Sequence record: KY794643.1
Strand: one strand, 5' to 3'
DNA: 64,000 nucleotides
Source: Staphylococcus phage vB_Sau_S24
Every line of letters begins with the position of its first letter. The first letter of the stretch is position 1. Shown piece by piece: positions 50,057-58,393 of the stretch. A program made the position numbers and the translations under genes. The notes under the pieces were generated by a model. The model ran no database searches, was not told the DNA's origin, and was given only the letters and a program-made list of their open reading frames with translations.

Positions 50057-50701
50057 ATGAAAGTTTCAGAAGAAGTAAAACAGAGTTACTTAGAGAATAA
50101 ATCTAATACTAAGATGGATAAGATAAGTTGGTCTGAGTTAAGGTCTAGTCCTGCAGGTAGAACATTAGGAGAATTAATATACCTTAGTGTAGTCGTAATA
50201 AATAATATCATAGCTATAGGATTAACATTAACTCTAGGAGACATTATCAAAGACTCAATTGACAGCACTCTAGCTCAAATAATTGTAGGGATGTTCCTAA
50301 TCATTACTGTATATGGTATACTATCAGCTTTAATACCTATACTCATATTTAAATCTGTATTTCCTGGTTGGGAATACACTGAATGGAATAATTCTTATTA
50401 TTTGAGATTACCTGGAGAAAAAGATTATAAGTACTATAGCTACTGGTATTTAAATTTATTAGGTGTTACTGAGTTTTATCGGACAAATGATGAAGGTAAA
50501 GAAATTAAAGAAACTAGTTTAAGTTGGGTTTTTTATACTAAGGTTGATAGACCTGAGGATATTAACCATTGGAAAAATCAATTAATAACTAACAGACCCT
50601 TAACAATTTCCGAGTACAAAAAACTAAAGAAAATAGATAAAGAAAGTGAAATTAGAAAGCAAGAAGATTTAGAAGAGTATCAAAGATACAATAATTTATA
50701 G
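50057..50701 (+). CDS. membrane protein (214 aa)
   Basis: promoter 50000-50028; two long TM segments. Confidence 0.45.
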   Translation: MKVSEEVKQSYLENKSNTKMDKISWSELRSSPAGRTLGELIYLSVVVINNIIAIGLTLTLGDIIKDSIDSTLAQIIVGMFLIITVYGILSALIPILIFKSVFPGWEYTEWNNSYYLRLPGEKDYKYYSYWYLNLLGVTEFYRTNDEGKEIKETSLSWVFYTKVDRPEDINHWKNQLITNRPLTISEYKKLKKIDKESEIRKQEDLEEYQRYNNL

Positions 50702-50715
50702 GAGGTGAGAAACCA

Positions 50716-50964
50716 ATGATAAGTTCATTTGATAGTGTATTACTTGTAATATACATTATTATAGCTTTTGCAGTAGCTATGGCAATACTTTATTTAGTAT
50801 TTAAAGGTATGGCTATCCTACTAGATAAACTAATGATGTTATTATTAAGTAAAACTACTCTAGATGTAAAAGCTTGCTCTGTAATAGTGTCAGGTATCAT
50901 TACAATTGTGTTTGGTATTATTGTACTTTTAATAGGGCTAGTGGTAAACAATATTTTATTGTAA
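50716..50964 (+). CDS. small membrane protein (82 aa)
   Basis: SD TAGGAGGTGAG; three hydrophobic stretches. Confidence 0.4.
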   Translation: MISSFDSVLLVIYIIIAFAVAMAILYLVFKGMAILLDKLMMLLLSKTTLDVKACSVIVSGIITIVFGIIVLLIGLVVNNILL

Positions 50965-50975
50965 GGAGATTTACT

Positions 50976-51152
50976 ATGGATTTTAATGATTTTATAAACA
51001 GTGAATCTGATAGAGTAGGAAAACCTAAACAAAAAAAGAAGGTAGAAAAACAACTACCTTCTTCTACTCCTATCGAAGAAAAGGAAGAAATGTTAAAAAG
51101 AATAAGAGAGAAATCATTATATATTGATTTAAGGAGAAAAAGAAATGACTAA
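50976..51152 (+). CDS. hypothetical basic protein (58 aa)
   Basis: start ATG 50976 (GTAAGGAGA SD); track ORF 50874 extended upstream without SD. Confidence 0.4.
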   Translation: MDFNDFINSESDRVGKPKQKKKVEKQLPSSTPIEEKEEMLKRIREKSLYIDLRRKRND

Positions 51153-51441
51153 GGGAACAAATGTACTTTACAAAGATAAGTATAGAGGTTATACTATAGT
51201 TGTGAGACTAGCAGGTAATATTATTGTTACTGAAGTAGATAAGAAAAATAAAACAAAATTCTCACCTATTATATTTGATAATGGTCGAGAAGGTGTAGAA
51301 CTTGTAATGCGTGTAGGTTCAGAAGAGCTTGGTATGGAAGAACTTAGAGAGTTTACTAAAGAAGTATCAACAGCTCAAAAAGCTTTAGAATATTTTAATA
51401 AAAAACTTTACATTAAAGGCTTGACAGATGGAGAATTTTAG
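51145..51441 (+). CDS. hypothetical protein (98 aa)
   Basis: SD TAAGGAGAAAAAG; 3' end carries promoter for next gene. Confidence 0.4.
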   Translation: MTKGTNVLYKDKYRGYTIVVRLAGNIIVTEVDKKNKTKFSPIIFDNGREGVELVMRVGSEELGMEELREFTKEVSTAQKALEYFNKKLYIKGLTDGEF

Positions 51442-51449
51442 TATATACT
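51421..51449 (+). promoter_or_regulatory. sigma70-type promoter TTGACA-N17-TATACT within coding 3' end of 51145 ORF
   Basis: followed by conserved palindromic element TATACTAAGAGTATA. Confidence 0.5.
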
Positions 51450-51488
51450 AAGAGTATAAATAAAAAAAAGAAAAGAGGAATGATTATT

Positions 51489-51671
51489 ATGTTATTAGGA
51501 ATTTTATGGTTTATATGGGGATTTGTATCTTATTTTGTAGTGATGCTTGGGATTGAATTTTATAAAGATAGATGGACACTAGGAGTTATTGGAGCAGGAG
51601 CAGTACTGATATTCTTATTTTGGGTTATGAAGTCTATCCACAATGCTATGACAGTAGTATACTTGTATTAG
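51489..51671 (+). CDS. small membrane protein (60 aa)
   Basis: start ATG 51489 (AAGAGGA SD, 9-nt spacing). Confidence 0.4.
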   Translation: MLLGILWFIWGFVSYFVVMLGIEFYKDRWTLGVIGAGAVLIFLFWVMKSIHNAMTVVYLY

Positions 51672-51683
51672 GAGGTAATATAG

Positions 51684-52052
51684 ATGAATATATTAGTTAT
51701 CCATTATGAAGACACAAATAAACGAGTTCTAAAAGAAACAATAAAAACAATACAAAACCAATTAAATGATGAACATGGTTTGGTTAAAATGACAGCAACA
51801 AAACTTAGTAGAAAAGCTATAGAAGAGGATTTTAATGATTACAATATAGTTATTGCAGAAAATGACCCTGGTAGTTTTTACAACTATGGAGAGGCAGTAG
51901 AGGAAGCGGATTTTGTTATAGATATACCAATTTCATATTTAGATATACATGCAGGTGTAGAGTGGGATGTAGATAATCCTGTAGATATGTTAGATAGAAA
52001 CCCTGATTTTATAGAAGCTATGGGTCAATTAAATGAGGACTTAATGTTATAA
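51684..52052 (+). CDS. hypothetical strongly acidic protein (122 aa)
   Basis: SD TAGGAGG; D/E-rich. Confidence 0.4.
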   Translation: MNILVIHYEDTNKRVLKETIKTIQNQLNDEHGLVKMTATKLSRKAIEEDFNDYNIVIAENDPGSFYNYGEAVEEADFVIDIPISYLDIHAGVEWDVDNPVDMLDRNPDFIEAMGQLNEDLML

Positions 52053-52064
52053 GGAGGAAATAAA

Positions 52065-52412
52065 ATGTTAAATGAGAAACTAAAAAATTTAGAAGATACG
52101 AAAGTGTATATGATTAATAGTATTGCAAGTTTACTAAGTTCAAGTACAGGTAAGTTAAGTAAGGTATTTTTTGATGAAGGAGATATTAAAATTGTAAGTG
52201 GTGACATTAAAGCAGTAGAAGTTATTGATAACTTAGTTCATCCTCATTCAGGACGTTTACCTATTAAAACAACAGAACGTATTGCTCTTGGTAGATTAAC
52301 AGATTCTTTACAGTTTGTTATTTCAGAAATAGAAGTGGTTAAAGACCAAATTACAGATGAGGAAAACCAAGCTTACATTGATTTTATGATGGAAGATTGG
52401 GATTGGGACTAA
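52065..52412 (+). CDS. hypothetical protein (115 aa)
   Basis: SD AAGGAGGAAA. Confidence 0.4.
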   Translation: MLNEKLKNLEDTKVYMINSIASLLSSSTGKLSKVFFDEGDIKIVSGDIKAVEVIDNLVHPHSGRLPIKTTERIALGRLTDSLQFVISEIEVVKDQITDEENQAYIDFMMEDWDWD

Positions 52413-52417
52413 CGCCT

Positions 52418-52690
52418 ATGGACTTAATGACAATTGCTTCTGTTGCCTTTATAGCTGTCGTTATCATTGACTTACTCAATGATGATATGAGCTATATATT
52501 AACGGGTATTGCAATATTAATAAACATTTGGGCAGGTTTTTATGAATGGTACTTTTTACTACAAGCAGGTATGCTACTTTTCTTACTCTTAGCTAGAAAA
52601 GGTGAAGATGCCAAGGAATCTATAGTATACTCAGGTGCTTCGATATTATGTGTATTAGGTATGATAGTAAATCTTCTTGTATTTTCTTAA
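52418..52690 (+). CDS. small membrane protein (90 aa)
   Basis: ATG 52418 preferred over track TTG 52397. Confidence 0.35.
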   Translation: MDLMTIASVAFIAVVIIDLLNDDMSYILTGIAILINIWAGFYEWYFLLQAGMLLFLLLARKGEDAKESIVYSGASILCVLGMIVNLLVFS

Positions 52691-52698
52691 AATAAGTG

Positions 52699-52727
52699 TT
52701 GACACTTCTAAACTTTTGTATTATACT
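52699..52727 (+). promoter_or_regulatory. sigma70-type promoter TTGACA-N17-TATACT
   Basis: -35 inside short palindrome AAGTGTTGACACTT. Confidence 0.5.
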
Positions 52728-52758
52728 ATAAGTATAACAAGTACAGGAGATGATTAAT

Positions 52759-53064
52759 ATGAGTAAAGAAACAATCAGAAGACAATTTTCAAATGCAATT
52801 GAGATTATGACAACAACTAAGGAATGGTGGAATTTCTCTAAAAGTTTTAATACAAATAAAGAGTTTAAAATTAAAACTTTTAAAAATGACACACTGGTAT
52901 TTGAAGTTAGAGAAGGTAATAGAAACTTAGGAAGCTTTGTAGTTTTCACATGTATTGACTTTGATTATGATAAACTTGAAGGTACTTCAACACAATACAT
53001 GATTAATTACTTTGCTAAGAAATTAACTAAAGATATGTTTAACTATCATAAGTTACAATTATAA
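52759..53064 (+). CDS. hypothetical protein (101 aa)
   Basis: start ATG 52759 (CAGGAGATG SD); promoter 52699-52727. Confidence 0.4.
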   Translation: MSKETIRRQFSNAIEIMTTTKEWWNFSKSFNTNKEFKIKTFKNDTLVFEVREGNRNLGSFVVFTCIDFDYDKLEGTSTQYMINYFAKKLTKDMFNYHKLQL

Positions 53065-53078
53065 TTGGAGGTGGAAAG

Positions 53079-53429
53079 ATGAGAGAAGAGTTAAAACCTT
53101 TTAATAGGAAGCAAGTTAATGTTAAAGGGTACTTAGATGATGTTAGGCACTCAAAGCGTAGAAGACATAAAGGTAATCAACATGGGTGTGTAAAAATCAC
53201 AGTTACTGATGTAAAGATTAACGGTATACCGATTGACCATGTTAATATTGAAGTAGGTATTTCATTCTACGAAAAGTTAAGAGAACTTAAAGGGAAAAGA
53301 ATTCAATTTGTAGGTACTGTTTACAAGTATGTTAAACATGCTAGAGGACGTAAAGGTAGAATTAAGGGATTTTATAAAGAGGATTATAGTGTAACTTTAG
53401 ATAAGAAGTTACAAAAGGAGGAAAAATAA
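53079..53429 (+). CDS. hypothetical basic protein (116 aa)
   Basis: SD ATTGGAGGTGGAAAG. Confidence 0.4.
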   Translation: MREELKPFNRKQVNVKGYLDDVRHSKRRRHKGNQHGCVKITVTDVKINGIPIDHVNIEVGISFYEKLRELKGKRIQFVGTVYKYVKHARGRKGRIKGFYKEDYSVTLDKKLQKEEK

Positions 53430-53608
53430 TGAATGAGTGGTATGCCTTATGTTACTATGATAAAGTAGGCAGGAAGAAAGTACCTAAGCAAGTAAGAGCA
53501 CACAGAGATATCTCAGTATTAGAGGAATTAAAAGAGAGACTAGAAGAAAGAAATCCTGATATAGAGTACACTATAAAAACAACAAAAGAATTTGATAAGG
53601 AGAGATAG
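53429..53608 (+). CDS. hypothetical protein (59 aa), not in ORF track
   Basis: ATG overlaps upstream stop (TAATG) with AAAAGGAGG SD. Confidence 0.4.
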   Translation: MNEWYALCYYDKVGRKKVPKQVRAHRDISVLEELKERLEERNPDIEYTIKTTKEFDKER

Positions 53609-53682
53609 AAATGTTGACACCGGAACAATGGACTACTTTAAAAGAGCAACAAAAAAAATTAAGTAAAAAGAAGAAATAACTG

Positions 53683-53711
53683 TTGACAAATAAGTGTACA
53701 TAGGTTATACT
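53683..53711 (+). promoter_or_regulatory. sigma70-type promoter TTGACA-N17-TATACT
   Basis: -35 53683-53688, -10 53706-53711. Confidence 0.5.
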
Positions 53712-53742
53712 TAAGTTAACAAATAAAGAGGGGGTATGACCT

Positions 53743-53817
53743 ATGTTACTTATAATTTTTATGCTAGTAGTAATGTTTGTACTTGGATTTAAGAATGGAT
53801 ATAACTCAGAAGACTAA
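53743..53817 (+). CDS. 24-aa hydrophobic micropeptide (MLLIIFMLVVMFVLGFKNGYNSED), not in ORF track
   Basis: ATG 53743 with AAAGAGGGGG SD; downstream of promoter 53683-53711. Confidence 0.2.
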   Translation: MLLIIFMLVVMFVLGFKNGYNSED

Positions 53818-53833
53818 AAAAGGAGAGGTTATA

Positions 53834-54244
53834 ATGAAGTTAGAAGATAAAGTATTAGAGAGAATTGATTCTCTTGGAGGTAAGTTAGGTGATATTAGCC
53901 AACATGCTTGGGAAGCCTTAGTAAAGTACCAAGTTGTATACGGTATTGTAGACCTTATATCAGGTATTGTAATTATAGCATTATCTGTATTTTTATGGAA
54001 GGTATTTATTAACCAATACAAAAAGGTAAATGATATAGATAGAGACGATGATTATAGTTTACTATTTGAAGATTGTGAAGATTTATCAGGTATAGGTTTG
54101 TTTTATATAATAGTTACATCAATCATATCAGTAGGTGCATTTATTTACTTAATATATGGAATACCTATGGATATTCTAAGAATAATGAACCCTGAAGTAT
54201 TTGCAGTAAAAGATTTAATCGAACAAGTTAAAGGAGGAAATTAA
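53834..54244 (+). CDS. membrane protein (136 aa)
   Basis: start ATG 53834 (AAAAGGAGAGG SD) instead of track 53777. Confidence 0.4.
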   Translation: MKLEDKVLERIDSLGGKLGDISQHAWEALVKYQVVYGIVDLISGIVIIALSVFLWKVFINQYKKVNDIDRDDDYSLLFEDCEDLSGIGLFYIIVTSIISVGAFIYLIYGIPMDILRIMNPEVFAVKDLIEQVKGGN

Positions 54245-54245
54245 T

Positions 54246-54539
54246 ATGAAACAAAGAGATTTTGAATTTGAAGAAGATTTTGTACTAGCATATGAGTGTG
54301 AGGATTGTAGGCATTATGAAGATTGGGGTCATGATGAAGAACCTGAAGAATGTAGTGAATGTGGAAGTAGTGACTTAATTAACAATACAAGTCATGAAGA
54401 TACTGAGTGCGACATGTGTAAAGGGTACATTGATATGTGGCAAGATGGATATAGATATATGGGAGACAATAAAGAGTATCTTGAGAAAGAAGATTCAGGT
54501 TTAATTTGTGAAGATTGTTATGAGAAATTAGATATTTAA
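54246..54539 (+). CDS. zinc-ribbon protein with four CxxC pairs (97 aa)
   Basis: 'CEDC', 'CSEC', 'CDMC', 'CEDC' arranged as two Zn-ribbon knuckle pairs; very acidic. Confidence 0.45.
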   Translation: MKQRDFEFEEDFVLAYECEDCRHYEDWGHDEEPEECSECGSSDLINNTSHEDTECDMCKGYIDMWQDGYRYMGDNKEYLEKEDSGLICEDCYEKLDI

Positions 54540-54555
54540 TAAGGAGGAAATTAAT

Positions 54556-54843
54556 ATGAATAAAGCAGTAGAGCAAGCAAGTAACGCACTAGGTCAAGGA
54601 TTTTCAGCCATGGTATGGCATCAAGTATTAGTAGGGTTAGGTTTTATTTTATTAGGACTGGTATTATCTTTATTAGTTTGGGTATTAGTGAAGAAATTCC
54701 ATGTACCTTTTAAACACCCAACAGCATTTGTAGTATATTCAATTATGTTAGTTAGTATTGTTGCTAGTTTTATTTGGGGCGGTTTACACGTCATTAACCC
54801 TGAGTACTACGCAATTTTAGAATTAAAAGGATTTATAAAATAG
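54556..54843 (+). CDS. small membrane protein (95 aa)
   Basis: 2-3 TM; SD AAGGAGGAAA. Confidence 0.4.
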   Translation: MNKAVEQASNALGQGFSAMVWHQVLVGLGFILLGLVLSLLVWVLVKKFHVPFKHPTAFVVYSIMLVSIVASFIWGGLHVINPEYYAILELKGFIK

Positions 54844-54855
54844 GAGGAAATAAAA

Positions 54856-55131
54856 ATGGAAAGCAGAAAACAGAAAATTTTAACACTAAAGGTAAATAAC
54901 TTTTTAATTTTGGCTTTAGATATTGTAGCATTAGTTAGATATAAAAAAGGTAAAGATAAACAAAAGAGTTATAATACAGGACAAATTACAAGAATGTTAG
55001 CTACAACAGCTAACTCACTAGGTATTCTTTACTTAGAAGAACAGGAGCGTCAAGAGAAACGACAGAAGCATAATGATAAGATAGTTAAAGATTTTAGCCA
55101 TACCTTAAATAAAACAAAAGGGGATAAGTAA
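54856..55131 (+). CDS. hypothetical protein with one TM and basic tail (91 aa)
   Basis: SD TAGGAGGAAA. Confidence 0.4.
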   Translation: MESRKQKILTLKVNNFLILALDIVALVRYKKGKDKQKSYNTGQITRMLATTANSLGILYLEEQERQEKRQKHNDKIVKDFSHTLNKTKGDK

Positions 55132-55132
55132 A

Positions 55133-55798
55133 ATGGATATTAATTTAAAAGAATGGGAAGAAATTATTAATAAACAAGAAGAAATTGGTGGGTGCCCTAA
55201 AAAGGCTAAGATATCCTTTACAGGTAATAAAGACTGTCAATCATTTAAAGATAGCCTTACTGATGAGGAAGGAATCATATTCTATGTACAAAATGAAAAA
55301 CTAGAGGTAGCCAGTTCAATTGTTGTACTAGCTAACGGTGAAGTTATTGTTACAACTGACAGTACCGTAACTCATGATACGATACCTGCTGATTTTGAAA
55401 CTTCAGAAGAGTCTGTTGTGGAGTTTTTAGATAATTTATACATGAAAGCTACAGAAGAGTACTATAGTTGGTTACAATTACAATTAGTTGGTACTCAGCA
55501 GGAAGACAAATTACCAGGAATCATTGCAGAATTATCAAGAGGTCTTAGAGTAGGTAGTTTTACTATCAATGACCGAAATATGCTCATTCAAAGAAGAAAA
55601 GTAAGTATACATTTACCTGAGGGATACTTAATTGGTATTGAATACTCTAAGGATGAAGGTAGACATATTATAGATACTAAATTGCAAGATTCTGAAGGTA
55701 CTCTTATTAATCGTATTATTAAAACAGATATTACGTATGATGGCTTCGGTCATTTAACTAATACCTTAGAGAGTATTGTAGAACCGATTTCATTATAA
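55133..55798 (+). CDS. hypothetical protein (221 aa)
   Basis: start overlaps upstream stop; followed by terminator-promoter hairpin. Confidence 0.4.
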   Translation: MDINLKEWEEIINKQEEIGGCPKKAKISFTGNKDCQSFKDSLTDEEGIIFYVQNEKLEVASSIVVLANGEVIVTTDSTVTHDTIPADFETSEESVVEFLDNLYMKATEEYYSWLQLQLVGTQQEDKLPGIIAELSRGLRVGSFTINDRNMLIQRRKVSIHLPEGYLIGIEYSKDEGRHIIDTKLQDSEGTLINRIIKTDITYDGFGHLTNTLESIVEPISL

Positions 55799-55807
55799 AA
55801 AAAGTTT

Positions 55808-55836
55808 AAGAAACCTATTGACATTAGGTTTCTTTT
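55808..55836 (+). terminator. rho-independent terminator with TTGACAT loop
   Basis: AAGAAACCTA / TAGGTTTCTT 10-bp stem plus T4. Confidence 0.55.
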
Positions 55837-55846
55837 ATTATATACT
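55818..55846 (+). promoter_or_regulatory. sigma70-type promoter TTGACA-N17-TATACT; -35 in terminator loop
   Basis: followed by TATACTAAGAGTATAT element. Confidence 0.55.
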
Positions 55847-55875
55847 AAGAGTATATTAAATAAGGAGGTTAACTT

Positions 55876-56181
55876 ATGAAAGGTATTATTATATTTTATA
55901 AAGAAGAAAATAAACACATCCTAAAGGAACTTTTAGAATTCATTAACACAACAGCAAAAGGGTTATCTTATACTACAGAAGGTACATTAGTCGATAACGA
56001 TATCGTTTTACTTGAAGATAATAATATGGGTAAATATAATTTGAGACAGTTTAGTAAGACAAATAATAGTTTAGTTGTAGGATTATTAAGTAAATCACGT
56101 GATGATGTTCATTATTACGAAAAAGGGGATTCCTACGGTATAAGTATCTTGGATGAGTATTTAAAGGAGATGAGTCAATAG
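55876..56181 (+). CDS. hypothetical protein (101 aa)
   Basis: SD TAAGGAGG; promoter 55818-55846. Confidence 0.4.
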   Translation: MKGIIIFYKEENKHILKELLEFINTTAKGLSYTTEGTLVDNDIVLLEDNNMGKYNLRQFSKTNNSLVVGLLSKSRDDVHYYEKGDSYGISILDEYLKEMSQ

Positions 56182-56588
56182 TGGAAAATGTATTTTTTGT
56201 TTTAGGGTTAGTAATGCTAATATTATGTTTAATCGGTCTTGCCATTATTAAAGTCCTAGAAACAAGACTAAAGAAAAAAGAACTAAGAGAAGAACGAGAA
56301 TCTTTTGATACTTTGGAACCAAGTAAACTAGGTCATACAGGTTATGTTGAAAGTAAATATGCTTTGATTCATAAAGAATCAAGTAAAATAATAATAAGTG
56401 CAAATAAAAGTACAGTTATGGATACATTACAAAAAATGTATGGCTTAGAACTAACATCTGTAGATGTTTCTGAGGTTAAAGGACTAACCCCTTTCGGAGG
56501 TCATACAGAGAATATGGTATTACTTTCATACAAATTAGAAAGAGAAGGTCTCTATAAATTAATTGAGCTTAATAAGGAGGAGAAGTAA
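56181..56588 (+). CDS. N-terminally membrane-anchored protein (135 aa, GTG start)
   Basis: GTG start 9 nt after AAAGGAGATGAG. Confidence 0.4.
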   Translation: MENVFFVLGLVMLILCLIGLAIIKVLETRLKKKELREERESFDTLEPSKLGHTGYVESKYALIHKESSKIIISANKSTVMDTLQKMYGLELTSVDVSEVKGLTPFGGHTENMVLLSYKLEREGLYKLIELNKEEK

Positions 56589-56590
56589 TT

Positions 56591-56908
56591 ATGAAAGCAA
56601 AGTCAATAGAACGATTTTTTCAAGACAAGGTATTACAAATAGAAGGGTATAAAGTACGTTTTTCACAAGCTAGTTCAACATATATTTTAGACATAGATAT
56701 GATAGATGAATCAGTATTGTTTTTAGATACTGTAGTTTTCACCTTATCAGGTAAGTACTTATTAGATACACAGATTACGATTAATAAACCTGAAACACTA
56801 AGCCCTAATGAATTATACACAGAGATTAGTAATAATTTACAAGATATTATAGGAGACCAAACTAAAACAAATATAGAGCTATCAAAATACTTTAAAGAGG
56901 TAAAATAA
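56591..56908 (+). CDS. hypothetical protein (105 aa)
   Basis: SD AAGGAGGAGAAG. Confidence 0.4.
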   Translation: MKAKSIERFFQDKVLQIEGYKVRFSQASSTYILDIDMIDESVLFLDTVVFTLSGKYLLDTQITINKPETLSPNELYTEISNNLQDIIGDQTKTNIELSKYFKEVK

Positions 56909-56927
56909 ATAAGTTTATAAATAACTG

Positions 56928-56956
56928 TTGACAGCAGGTATTTATTATAGTATACT
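56928..56956 (+). promoter_or_regulatory. sigma70-type promoter TTGACA-N17-TATACT
   Basis: -35 56928-56933, -10 56951-56956. Confidence 0.5.
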
Positions 56957-56985
56957 TTAGATATAAAGAAAAAGGAGAGGTTAAC

Positions 56986-57189
56986 ATGAATAACAAACAA
57001 ATTGAAAGATTACACAGGAAATCAAATGAGGTAGTAAGTAAATCAGAAGGTATTGAAGACTTAGGTTATGTACAAGCACATAAGATTATTAAGGAGTACC
57101 TTGATTTACCAGTGTCTGATTTTGAAAAGAGAGATGTAATGACTGAATTACTATTAGCGTTAGATAAAGCTAACAAAACATTAGACTAA
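56986..57189 (+). CDS. hypothetical protein (67 aa)
   Basis: SD AAAGGAGAGG; promoter 56928-56956. Confidence 0.4.
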   Translation: MNNKQIERLHRKSNEVVSKSEGIEDLGYVQAHKIIKEYLDLPVSDFEKRDVMTELLLALDKANKTLD

Positions 57190-57222
57190 TTAGGATTTAT
57201 ATTATAAAGGAGGAAATTACAA

Positions 57223-57447
57223 ATGAATTATAAAGAGGTACTAGAAACTATTAAGAAGAATAAACCATGTAAGGTTAGATTTACTGGAAGTATTGTAGCA
57301 ATTGTTAACACAGAATTTAATGCAGACACTGGTAAAGGTGTATTACAGATTGATGTATCAGATATCAATAGAGACGATTACATTAAGCTACAGCAGTATT
57401 GCTTAGAAAGAGACGATTATACTGTAGCAGGTTCTATTTTATTTTAA
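57223..57447 (+). CDS. hypothetical protein (74 aa)
   Basis: SD AAAGGAGGAAA. Confidence 0.4.
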   Translation: MNYKEVLETIKKNKPCKVRFTGSIVAIVNTEFNADTGKGVLQIDVSDINRDDYIKLQQYCLERDDYTVAGSILF

Positions 57448-57467
57448 AAAGGAAAGGAGTTAACACG

Positions 57468-58376
57468 ATGATTAAAGTATTTTCAGAAATTGATACAAAA
57501 TATAAGACGATTGTACCGGAGAAATTCCCTAATGGTGAGATTAATTTTAAATACGATGACTTAGAATATTTAGTAGAAAAAGACCTACGGTTTGATGTTT
57601 TCTTTAAATGGGAAAGTGATGCGGACTTAATGCATTTGTATATGTTTACTAAGTATATAGAACAATTAGGTATTAAAGATAAAGCTGAGTTTTTAGACAT
57701 TGCATACGTACCTTATAGCAGAATGGATAGAGTAGAAGAAGGTCATAGTAATATGTTTAGTCTTAAGTATATTGCAGAGTTTATTAACAATCTTAATTAC
57801 AAATCGGTATGGGTAGCAGAGCCTCATAGCCCTGTAACAGAAGAATTACTTAAAAATTCTTTTGCTGTACATGTTACAATTAAACTATTAAACCAATATA
57901 TTGAAATGTCTGAAGAACCTGTAACAATTGTACTACCTGATAAAGGAGCATATGATAGATACCTATTTGATGTAGAACGTATATTAATAGACTCTAACAT
58001 TGAAAATTATTCAATTGTATATGGTGAAAAGGAACGTGATTTTGAGACAGGTAAGATTAAAGGAATTAAAATAATTACAGATGAAAATACTGTATACGAT
58101 AACTGCATCATCCTAGATGATTTAACAAGTTATGGTGGGACTTTTGTAGGTTGTAAAAAAGCTCTTGACAAACTAGGTGTTAATAGTGTATCATTAATAT
58201 TGACTCATGCAGAGAAAATATTTATGGATGGTAAACTATTTGAATCAGGTTTTAAAGATATCGTTGTAACAGACTCAATGTTATCTGATAGCCCTTGGAC
58301 AAAAGCTGTTGCTACCCATATAGCACAGGTAAATGGAACAGAATTACAAATAAAGGATATCGAAAGATATCTATAA
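57468..58376 (+). CDS. prs: ribose-phosphate pyrophosphokinase (PRPP synthetase)-like protein
   Basis: start ATG 57468 (AAAGGAAAGGAG SD); PRPP-binding loop 'CIILDDLTSYGGTF' (cf. canonical VLIVDDIIDTGGT); approx. 300 aa as Prs. Confidence 0.65.
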   Translation: MIKVFSEIDTKYKTIVPEKFPNGEINFKYDDLEYLVEKDLRFDVFFKWESDADLMHLYMFTKYIEQLGIKDKAEFLDIAYVPYSRMDRVEEGHSNMFSLKYIAEFINNLNYKSVWVAEPHSPVTEELLKNSFAVHVTIKLLNQYIEMSEEPVTIVLPDKGAYDRYLFDVERILIDSNIENYSIVYGEKERDFETGKIKGIKIITDENTVYDNCIILDDLTSYGGTFVGCKKALDKLGVNSVSLILTHAEKIFMDGKLFESGFKDIVVTDSMLSDSPWTKAVATHIAQVNGTELQIKDIERYL

Positions 58377-58393
58377 AAGGAGAAAAATAAACT

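Noticed and set aside
49891-50100. Track ORF 49891-50100 (69 aa)
   Set aside because: It overlaps the end of the 49764 ORF, the terminator 49971-49998 and the promoter 50000-50028 in a different frame. It has no SD and is almost certainly spurious.
52397-52417. TTG start at 52397 and other track starts that sit 0-2 nt from the SD (51480, 60600, 28720, 38637)
   Set aside because: Spacing to the SD is too short. The next in-frame ATG (or TTG 38646 for the Ig-like gene) has canonical 6-10 nt spacing and was preferred.
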